A stretch of 32,695 nt of DNA. Source: Bigelowiella natans CCMP2755. Lineage: Eukaryota > Protista > Cercozoa. Positions 11,501-22,273 of the stretch are shown here, one piece after another (position 1 is the stretch's first letter; each line of letters begins with the position of its first letter). The notes under the pieces were generated by a model. The model was not told where the DNA came from, did no database searches, and was given only the letters and a program-made list of their open reading frames with translations. The translations under genes and the position numbers were made by a program. The stretch is taken from positions 1 through 32,695 of the forward strand of contig ADNK01001519.1 in the NCBI GenBank assembly GCA_000320545.1, given 5' to 3'.

Positions 11501-12796
11501 CTACTGCCTCTTCTCATGGGGTGCCTGCTGCACGTACATCATTACATCAAACATTGCCTCGCCACATGTATTTTCGCTACGCATTGATTTTGATCTAGTC
11601 CGCTCACACCTGGACGCATCCTTTAAACTGGTCAAGGCCGTGCCGAAGCGTTTCCCTCAGATTTTTGAAGTGCTGGTAAAAATTAGGTCGGTCAACGCTG
11701 GGAAACACTGAGACGTGACGCTGTATGATACCTGTAATGTTTCATGAAGCATTGATTCAACTTCAGTAGCAGCAATTTCTGGCTCGTCGAAATATCCTGT
11801 TTCATCTCTATTTATGCTTAGGGCGAGGTTGGTCACATCAGTCCCGTCCCCCAGTGGTCGAGGTTCTTCAGAAATGATTGTTGCATTTGTAAGTTTCCTA
11901 TTTTCTTTAATTCTTGGATTCGATTTCATGTTGGCCTTTCCCTTCGCATCGCTTGTGTGGAATGGTAAGTTGACACTAAATTCGGATTCCGCACTTTTTT
12001 CAATCAGCTCCGATCTTACATCATTTTCATTTTGCACATATTCATTGATATTGAAAGGCGAGTAGTCTCCAAAGGCACAATATTCATTTGCTTGATAGTT
12101 AATGACTAACTCTTCATCTATTTTCTTTTGAATTATCTCTGCTGCTTCTTTATCAGCCTTAATCTGGTAGATTTGAAAATTACGGGAAAAAAGTGCATTT
12201 TGGAAGTTATGGAGATCCTCATTCCTCTTTTTCTCTTTGTTGGAATCAGAATTATCGTGGTGTGTTTTCGATGGTATTAAACAATTCTTCCCCATAGTTA
12301 TCTTATCTTCGTCACCCTTCTCCTCCTCTTCAATGTTTAGGCCGGAAGCATTAGATTCCCATCCTACATTTGCTTCTGGTTCATTTTTTTCATCGTCCCA
12401 TGGATCGGTGGGTGTTTCAAAGTAGCTTGGAATAATAAAAGGAGGTGTAAAAGGTGACCACGTGTCATGAACTCTCTGCGCATGCTGACAATGTCGAGAT
12501 TTTCTTTCCCCCTTATTCTCTTGGCACGATGTAGAATCTTCTTTTCCCCGATCATGAATTGCATGCTCTATATCAACTTCTTCATCTTCGTAGGTCTTTT
12601 CATCAACCTCTACCCATTCTTCAGCGTCACCCTTAGCTTCGGAAGGATGTGGAGTAGCTACCAACAAAAAACTACTGTCGTCGGAGCAATTGCAACTTGG
12701 CCTGATACTGACCATATCAATTTTCCCTGCTTTTTTTCCTTCGTCACTTGAAAGGCGAGCCCCTACTTTTCTCATTATCTGCAGATTTTGCTCCAT
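11501..12796 (-). CDS. Uncharacterised acidic, largely disordered protein (~384 aa) with LIR/AIM-like motifs
   Basis: 379-codon ORF with normal TA content. Probable exons are 12796-11732, 11672-11610 (HFKNLRETLRHGLDQFKGCVQ) and 11527-11501, with in-phase GT-AG introns of 59 and 82 nt. No family recognised. Confidence 0.65.
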
Positions 12797-13020
12797 TGGC
12801 GATTCGTAGGAGGGTGTCAGAAGTGACGAGCTAAGCGGAACTTTCTGATCCTATCTTCCCGGAAAAGGAACAAATGCAGAACCTTTACCCCTTACGACAA
12901 CGGTAAACAAGGCCATATAGAATGTCAGCAGGACACTCTCATGACAAACGAGCACCTTCCATCCAACCTTCGTTTGGTACCCCCATCTAGGTGTCATGTC
13001 GCATGGTAAAAACATCCTAC

Positions 13021-13912
13021 ATTTCGTCCGCAGTCTAAGGAAGCGAGGCGTCTGACGGTGTTGTGTTCAACACCATTTTGTTTCACACTTTGGAGATTGT
13101 TTGCAAGATGCAGTTTTTCATCATTGTTCTCATTGTTCATTGTTGCATGGGCGATGCAAACAACGAGCATGTGAGTGTGCAGCACATCTAGACATGCTGC
13201 ATGCATGAACATGCACTCGCAACGCCATCACACGGTGCAAGCCGCAGGAGAACAAGCTGTCAAGCATCCGATGACGAGCACGCTCCGAGCCCTTTGCTCA
13301 CCTCTCTGGCTCTTTCATCCTCGAAAGCAGAAGCTTGGAGAGACAGGCAGTTGTGTTGTGCAGACGTTGTTGTGTTGTGACTCTGCAAATTGAAACATGG
13401 CATGAAACGAAAACAATGAGAGATCAGGTCGTAGCGTTTGCGAGGCAGCTTGAGCAAGGAGAGAGGACGCATCTGCAGATCGAGTCATGTTGGATGACGT
13501 GGAGGTCTAGCAGAGGTGCACGTGTTGGAACTGCTGTCGCGTAGTGACAAGCAGTGATCATTGTTGCGCACGGTCAGCACGCGAATCTCCTTGCACTGTT
13601 GTTTGCCATGTCTAGGTGTGTCAGTTGTGCTGGCTAGCTGGTGTAGTCACACAATTCACTCAGCTAGTCAATGCAAATTTTGCTGGAGTGGGAGCAAGCT
13701 AGCCATCTTGCGGGGGGAGTGAAACTAGCTAGATTTGTGGTGTGTGTGCGTGCGGCTATTTAGCTTGCTAAATGTAAGATTCATGTCATGCATGTGCACA
13801 TCTAGACGTGCACATGTGTGGAAATGCACAACCGCAAAGTGACTATCATGGCATGACTTTGAAATCCTACGTTTTCAACATTCTTGCGCTAAAATGTGTC
13901 GAAAAATTCTAG
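13021..13912. other. TpA-erased domain 2
   Basis: Hand count: 21 TA in ~890 nt, 20 of them in CTA/TAG context. In the core 13038-13755 all 11 survivors are TAG and 8 are CTAG. Confidence 0.92.
13085..13145 (+). repeat. Short retroelement-like 3' tail fragment, shared with 10330-10378
   Basis: Same 26-nt exact match plus upstream CACTTTGGA; continues in CATTGTT units like the tails of LINE copies A and B. Confidence 0.6.
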
Positions 13913-15079
13913 ATAGATTGCACCCCCTTATTCACAGATGCAGCATTAATCATTTCTCTCCCTCTCTTCTCTTGAAAGTTTTCTGCGTTCTTCTCCGCAG
14001 TACTGCTATACCCGCTGCGATCCTTAGGAAGAAGCGATTCTTTGCCGTCATCACTTCTACTATTGTGGAGGCCCGTCAGACCCATCTTTCTTACAACCGT
14101 TTGCGCCTGGGCTTTGAGTTTCTTTGCCGCCTCTGGGCCAGAACTCTCTACCATTCCCGTGAGGATACCATGAGGGTTTTCCAGCAGCTCAGCAGCAGGT
14201 CCGAACTCGGCCACCTTTCCCGCGTCCATAACCAATACCTTGTCGTAATCGATGATAGTCGAGAGCCTGTGGGCGATCGTGATGATCGTGGAGCCCTTAA
14301 ACTTATCGCGCACGATTTCTTGGATCTTATTGTCGGTGTTAATGTCGATATTTGCCGTCGGCTCGTCCATCACGACAATCCTAGCATGCCGAACCATTGC
14401 TCTCCCGAAGCTAATGAGCTGACGTTCCCCGGCGCTAAGGAAGGAGCCGCCGGGGCCCACCTCGGAGTGGAGGAGGGATGCGGACAGTCCAATGTCGACA
14501 AGAACGTTGCCGAGCTCATTATCGGAGAACTCAGAGAAGGGATCGAGGTTATGTCTAACCGTGCCCTGTAGGAGCAGTGGATGCTGGGGGATAATGGCCA
14601 AGGCCTCGCGCACTGTTTGTAGCCCTAGTGTGCGTATGTCGCATCCATCAATAAGAATTCGTCCTGCAGCCTTCTCGACGATTCGGAAGAGAAGGACGAC
14701 GAGGGATGACTTCCCAGCCCCCGTGCGACCAACTACACCGCAAGACTCACCGGCATTGATGGAGAACGACACGTCTTTAATGGCGGGGGGGAGACCGGGG
14801 CGGTACACCAGCATGACGTCCTCGAAAGAGATTTTACCCTTGCTAGGCCATTCGTCTGTCAATGATACAATCGTCATCATCATTATTATAGTCATAACCA
14901 TCACCACCTCTGCATCAAAAATAATAACTGAGTGTATGGTCTCGCAATTGATATTTACGTGGGAAGGTATTCGAGAAAGAGATGCCATCTCGGAATCAAG
15001 GAGACATCGAAAACAACCATCTTACAAAGAGGATTGAGAGGGATGGACTGACCCTACCGCTACAACCACCACCACCACA

Positions 15080-15116
<37 letters not shown>

Positions 15117-17217
15117 GAAGCAGTGTGACTCACACCCCACACCTAGCTATAATTAGGACTACCTTGGTTTGGGTCGCCCTTCTGTCTCCAAGCACTCTCC
15201 TGCGGTATGTTCTCAGACTTGTACTCAAGCACCCGCTCTAATGAAGTGAACCCGACGGAAATAAACGACGCGTTCATCGACTGAACCATAAGGAAATAAG
15301 GCACGAGGAAGGCGTACGTGAGCGCCAGCGATATCTGCGTCTCCGAGTACCTGTCCCGTTGCAGCAGAACTAACAGAGCTGTCGCGAGTGAGATCGAGAA
15401 CGACGCGACGTTACATGCATGTCTCCCCCAGTTAATCAGGGCGAATGACGCCAGCGACATCGAGGAGAACCGGTCTGTGAACTCCAAATGGCGTTTGAGG
15501 AAGTAGGACTGGAGCCCCATCGTCTGCGTGATGAGGCGGCCATTCGCCGTTTCGGAGAAGTTGGTCAGCATAGGAGACATGGCGTTGTTGACCATACGCC
15601 GGACTTCCCGGTTGGCACGATCCACGGCCAGAACCTCTACCAGGTAGAGTACCATCCCAAACACAACGAAACCTGTGACGGGCGGCACAGTGACGCACAT
15701 CGTCGCGAGTAGCACGAAGATGATCGCCCCGATCTGCAGGTAGTTGTCGATGTACAGCGCTAGTCGGATGTCCACCACGCCCAAGTCCGAGGAGAACCGG
15801 CTCATAATGCGCCCAGAAGGCGTCTCTTCAAACCATTTGGTGGGGGCCTTTATAACTCGTTCCAAGCACTCCTTGTGCAAAACATGAGACGCTCTCACCC
15901 CCCCCACGGCCATGAGGCACGACATGAGCAGGATGAGGCATACGTGGCCTATCGATGTGCCGATGTAGATGCCGATATAAAATAAATTGCGGCTGGTTGA
16001 CTCCGGGGCCTCCCCTGCCCAAATGGCCAGCCACACGTCGTTGAAAACGAACGTGGCGTAGGCAAGTAAAAGCACCACCCCACAAAGCGCGACAAACCAG
16101 ACGCCCATGGATCGGATGTACGTCATCACCACATCGGACGTCACTGCGCCCTTTTGCAGTTTCTCGTCATCCACCAAGGTTCCTTCCCGAATCATATTTG
16201 CTACGGATTTCTTGTTCTTGCCCCCGACATTGTTATCGGTTAAGAGAGAGGCCAGGCGTTTGTCGTCTTCGTCCTCCTCCTCCTTCTTCTTTTTCTGTTT
16301 CTGTTGATAGCTGTTTTCCGCGCTCGTTGTGGAGGCGACCAGACTGTTACCCTGCGCCCTTGCTCCCCCGCCCTCTCGGTCCTCTCTTTCATTCTCCAGC
16401 TTCACATCCGACCCCTCATCGGCGTTTGGGGGTTTCGCATCTAACCCCTTCCTTTTGCCATCAGGGGAGAGGGAGGAGCCTTTCTCGTCTGATCGCTTCT
16501 TGATAGCCCCCTTCCTGCTATCCGCATCGTCTTTGAGGTCGTCGATGCTGCCCCCCCCAGCTTCTTCCGTGGCCTTGAGAAGCTGCATGAAGCCCGGGTG
16601 GCGGCGGGCGGTGAGCTCCTCAAATGTGCCCTGGTCCTCGATCAAGCCGTTCTCCATATAGACGATGTGGTCGAATCGTTGCAGCAGATGAACCTGGTTC
16701 AGCGCCATCACTACGCAGCGCAGCCGCTTTGCGTCCTGGCCACTGGCGATGCTGCTGCCATTGCTTTTATCGGAGTCTGTGTAGCCGTGCACGCAGCGGC
16801 GGAATATCGTTTCTGTGACCTTTGAATCAACAGCTGCAAGAGGGTCGTCCATCACCAACATATCGGGAGTCCCATACACGGCGCGGGCTATAGCGAGTCG
16901 CTGCTGCTGCCCACCGCTTAGGGTTGTGCCTGATGTTCGTGCGTGCGTGCGTGTGTGTGTGTGTGTGTGTGTGTGGATGTGTGTGAAGAGGAGGGGGGAC
17001 TCGACATCTTATCAATTCTACCATCACCCTTTTTGCTTCTTCCCCATAATGATCAGAGTACCCCTCCTCCTCTTACCTCTCTCTCCGATTTCCGTGTACT
17101 GGCCATTTGGCAAAAGCGTGAGGTCTCTCTCCATAGACGATGCCCAAATAGCCTTTGCAGAGGGGATGGGGAGGGTGAGGAGGAGGAGGAGGAGGAGGAG
17201 GAGGAGGAGGAGGAACA

Positions 17218-17253
<36 letters not shown>

Positions 17254-17772
17254 TATATCACCATAAAAAACGATGATCTGTCGGATAAAACACGGGAATA
17301 TATGGGAATATATTACAAAATATGTTTCCAACAAGACTATCTTCAAGAGCAATGACAAAACTCCCCCCCTCCCCCTTTTCCCTTCTCCGCATTACCCATT
17401 GGAAGCGTTGCGGGTCAAACGGCCTACCCATGAGAATATTGTCGCGCACTGTCGCACTAAGCACAAACGCCTTTTGGGGAACCCATCCGCACGACTCGGT
17501 GCGAGAGACTTTCGTCCGATCTGAAGTCACCAAATCGCCGAGCAGCGCGTGTAGTAGCGACGACTTTCCCGCCCCTACCGCCCCAACGATGGCTACTTTT
17601 GACCCACGTTTCACCTGGGAGGAGGTGATAAAAAGAGGAGGAATGGTGAAGAGATTGCTGCTTACGATGAAACGCAAGCAGAGAAACATACTAGCGAGTG
17701 GCCATATGAATACACATGTCTTTTGTACGTTTGTGGCCTACTCGATCACTTCAATTTCGTGGCGTTGAAATG

Positions 17773-17812
<40 letters not shown>

Positions 17813-18659
17813 TATAATATAAATCGATCCATCGTCAAAACAACAACCGATTCAGTCAATTATTATCAACGCTTCCCCAAATCATGCATCTTCAGCCACA
17901 ACATCTGAAAATACCGTGACATTCACGTTCCTAAGCGTCCACACTGAGCGTCCACTTCCTACTGTGAAGTAATAGTAGTAGTAATAGTAGTAGTAGTGGT
18001 AGTAGTGAAACAAGATCAAAAAGCCGCGGCTTCAGGCTAGAATGAAGGGGGCGCGCGACAGCAGGTTATCAAGTGTGTTGTGCCGTGTCGCATTGATTTC
18101 TTTTTGGTCAGAAGGCATGGAACCGAGCATACATCTACCACTACCAAGCACCGCTATACCTTGACTGCTTTTCTGCTCACTGTTCTTCGGGTCTGCACTC
18201 CCTCTGATTTCCAACGAGATGTCGTTCCTACCTCCCACTGTCACTTGGGAGGAGGAGGCCTTTGTGTCTTTCGTAAGGTGAAGGGCCGCCTTGGATACTA
18301 CCGTGCTGTTCATACCTGAGACGTGCAAAGGGTGGGTGAGGAGGACAACATGCATGAAGAGGAGGGGAGAGGAAGAGAAACAGGAGGTGAGGGGGGCTGT
18401 GTAGGTAAATAGCAGCAATGTGAGAAAAGAGGCTCTTTTCAGTAACGACCTACATCGATTTGTTTCTACTACTACTGCGACTGCTGCTACTGCTGATGAT
18501 GATGATGATGCTATGAAGACCTAGCTTTGACGTTGCTCCGCCTCCTTCTTCTACGCTGGGCATGGCGCACGCTGTGCTTCCTCTATCGCCACTCCTTGTC
18601 TCTGATGAAATAATGCCGCTCTCTTTGATATCTGTGCCGTTGGTGGAACTGCCACCGTT

Positions 18660-18692
<33 letters not shown>

Positions 18693-18728
18693 ACCAGTAT
18701 TGCCATCCCCACCGCTGCTTCGGCAATC

Positions 18729-18766
<38 letters not shown>

Positions 18767-18994
18767 GTGGGGGCTTGGTCCACGAAAAGTCCTGCAGCAA
18801 CGTCGTCATCACCCAATGGCGACATCATCGTACGCAGGGAAAGGGAGAAGGCGTATGCAAAAGAAAATGGCATCATGGCCGTTCAGAGACAATATTGGGG
18901 AGAAAACAATATGGAAAATGGAGGAGGGAGGGAGAGCGAGAGAGAGAAGAGAGAGAAAGGGAGAGAAGAGAGGGGAAGAGAGAAAGAGAGAGAG

Positions 18995-19033
<39 letters not shown>

Positions 19034-20650
19034 CCCGTTATGGATCTCCAAGGCATTCTCTTCTTGGTCCGGTTTGCGCACGGCACACACATTGGGAATC
19101 TGTATGGAGACACAAGGCAAGGAAAGGCAACGTCGGCAAATGACATCGGCTTTGCAAGCGAACACTCCCTCCAGAATAATATGAATCTAGGGTTAGCAAA
19201 ATGGCTGCGACAGCGGGCGAAAGTTGTTGCAGCACACTCACCTGTAGAAAGCTCTCAATTCGCTTGAGAGATACTTTGATGTTCATCAGAGCGGTGAGCG
19301 ACAACGGTATCATGATCAGGGGCATTCGTAAGGCCTGGACGCAGTAGAATAAGCAGACAATACTACCGTTAGTGGTGGTGGTGGTGCTGCTGCTGCTGCT
19401 CAGTTGATAAAAGGTCCTCACACACAGATGACGTCACTCAAGAAAATCATCTTAAAATCCTGATGTGTACGTTTCTACCCCCACCTGGAAGATTGTGAGT
19501 GCGGCGAAGATATCAGCCGGCCGCAGTGTGTTGCCCTGTGGCGTTTCGTGGATGGCGATGCACAAATGAAAGGGAAGGGGGGGGGGGGGGGAGGGGGGTT
19601 GGAGGAGGAAGTCAGTCAAAAATTATTTCTTCCCTTCCTTTTTGATTTCAGTCCCACGACAATACAAAGAATTTAGCAACAAAGACAACGACGATAATGA
19701 TGATTATGGTGATGATGATGATGATGACGACGACGACGATGGCGATTAGCATGAAAGAACTTAAATTTGCTGTTGCTCTGATAGCTGGTAAACTTCTAAT
19801 ACTAACATTACTACTACTTCTACAGTCATTACCATAAGCACAAAGGTGATGAACGCTGCACACGAGGCAAGCACGGGACTCGCCCTCCCCAACGCAATGG
19901 ACACCACCTACAAAAGGTCACGAATAAAGAGGGGAGGATGCATTGTGCATTGGTTGATTGGAGCTTGGAGTAGCTCAACCTCTCAACTGACGCAAAAGAT
20001 CATCATCATCATCATCATCATCATCATGATCCTTGTATGACATGACGAAATGAACTATGGATGATTTGTGTAAGTGGTGCCTGGTACTCTAGTACTCGGT
20101 GGTGGTGGTGGTGAAACTACTTACTACAGCACTAATCGCACTGATTATCTGCACTGCGTATACTGCTGCTACTGCTATCACCTGCAAGATTCGGTAGTTT
20201 TGGATATGAACGCATTCGTCCTCTCGCACCTTCTCGATTTTGGACAGGAACTTGGCTTCCCAGCCGTGCATTTTAAGTGCCTATCATCGTAGCAGTGGTG
20301 ATGGTGATGATGATGATTGGTAGCAATAAGCTGCACTCCAAAAAATTGCAAACATGTTTATTGCCGGAACATCCTTATTCACATCTTCCTCCTCATCATC
20401 ATCAGAATCACCTGAATTCCTTCTATTAATTGACGCATCAGAGTCAGCCGCTTATCCCCCGCTTTCTAAGAAATTATAATGAAATATGTTGTAAATGAGG
20501 GAGGGGGAGTGGGGAGATGGGAATGATGAGGCCCTCAGCCCTGCAAGATGGTACCAGATTCAATTTCTCTGCTTTTTTTGTCTTCGATGAGATATAGCGG
20601 TTGAGCCCCACGATGGAGAACATCACAAACAACCCTACCACAGAGCTCCT

Positions 20651-20691
<41 letters not shown>

Positions 20692-21274
20692 GGGGGGGTT
20701 AGAGGAGAGATGTAGGGACGTCATCTCTCTCTTTTATTATATGTTGCATATTGCTTTATCATTGAACTGCGTTTTTATGAATGTGTCTCTCTCAGCGGGA
20801 CTTGTCCCTCCATTTGTCATTCAGGGAAAGGGCGCTGGGAGGTTGCGATTCTTCTCCTCTCTGTTGTTTGTTTATTACACTCCGATGAGGACGACGAGGA
20901 CGGTGATTCCTCCAATCAAAGCGGTTATCAACATCGGTACCCACTGGGTCAACTGCGGGAGGAAGAGAAGGGGGAGGAGGAGTGGGGGGGGGCGGAGATA
21001 TTTAATCTAGTTTAAAAAGTATTTGGTTGTTATGTATCACTGTATATTCGGAAAGATGCGGTAGTTCGGGTTTATAATAAGACCGCAGCATAGTTAGATA
21101 TTATGAACTAGATGTAAGTGAGCAACCCACCCGGAGATTTTCCATGGTTCTCACGATGTCGTTGCCCGCCAGACTTGTTTCGACAGGAGCACTGGCGTCC
21201 AATCTGATATCCGCAAGTACGATAGAGTAGGTATGCATGATGACACTTTGCTTTCAGGGAGGAGATGGAGGAGC

Positions 21275-21356
<82 letters not shown>

Positions 21357-21764
21357 AGGAAAGGGAGGACCAAAGTTCAAATGTTTCATTTGAAACGATT
21401 CCCTACACCTTGGGCACAGCCGCATCCAAATACCATCAAAGCTCTCATTGAAAAAGTAGTGCTCAGGAAAACAACAAAAGTAAACATACAACCTTCTTCC
21501 TCGTTTCAGAGACTTGCATATGACCATGCTATAGGAGGGGTCAAGTACAAACGGTGGTGGCGTTAATACAAGGAGAAAGATGCTATTTTAAAGGAGGTAG
21601 CAGCAGCAGAGGTTTTTTTTTATAGAAGAATGAATGTCTTAGGGTAATACCCCGATACGACACTAGAAAAACGTGCTCCAAGGATGTCAGTCAGTAAGTG
21701 GGCGTTGACAACACCGAAGAACCCCTCTAAATAGACCTGTTGTAAGTCGTATTTTCACGCAAAA

Positions 21765-21812
<48 letters not shown>

Positions 21813-22222
21813 GCATTGAGAGCTAACGTCCATGCGTTATTTGAAAATTGTCGTTCCGATGGTTGTTGCAAAAGTTTTCTTCTGATACAAACCTGAGCGA
21901 GCTAAAACCACGTTATTCGTTCGCACGCATGCATAGCATACACATACAAGGCAACTCAATTAATTCACGCACGATGGCAGCAAAGAGGATGATAAGCCAC
22001 GCCAAGCGATTCCCAGATTCGGAATCCGACGTCGCCACTTTAATTATTTCCTAAAATACCAACATCAACAGGATATATCGTTACATCATCCTATTGTTCC
22101 CTCTAAGGGATGGTGCCCCTACATACCCGTAAAACGAATGGCCTCCCCACGGTGTTCAATAGACCTTGAGTGGACCCTAATTTATATGATTCGTGTGTGC
22201 ATGTGTGCAACCGAGCTCGTGC

Positions 22223-22273
<51 letters not shown>

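Larger units (their letters stand above)
9121..11510. other. TpA-erased domain 1
   Basis: Hand count: 29 TA dinucleotides in 2390 nt, none between 9783 and 10910; 27 of the 29 are in CTA or TAG context. For comparison, 9001-9060 alone has 6. Confidence 0.95.

Noticed and set aside
9802-13145. Recurring CATTGTT units as a CRISPR-like or telomeric array
   Set aside because: No regular repeat-spacer periodicity; the units sit at retroelement 3' ends and behave as LINE tails.
9121-13912. CpG methylation decay or fungal-type RIP as the cause of the TG/CA excess
   Set aside because: CpG remains common in these domains, and RIP would enrich TpA rather than remove it.
13894-14571. 225-aa + strand ORF (also 14492-15037)
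   Set aside because: Antisense shadow of the conserved ABCC NBD2 exon.
18562-19267. Long ORFs rich in ERERER, HTHTHT, CVCVCV, YIYIYI or poly-M (here and throughout the window)
   Set aside because: Translations of intronic microsatellites.
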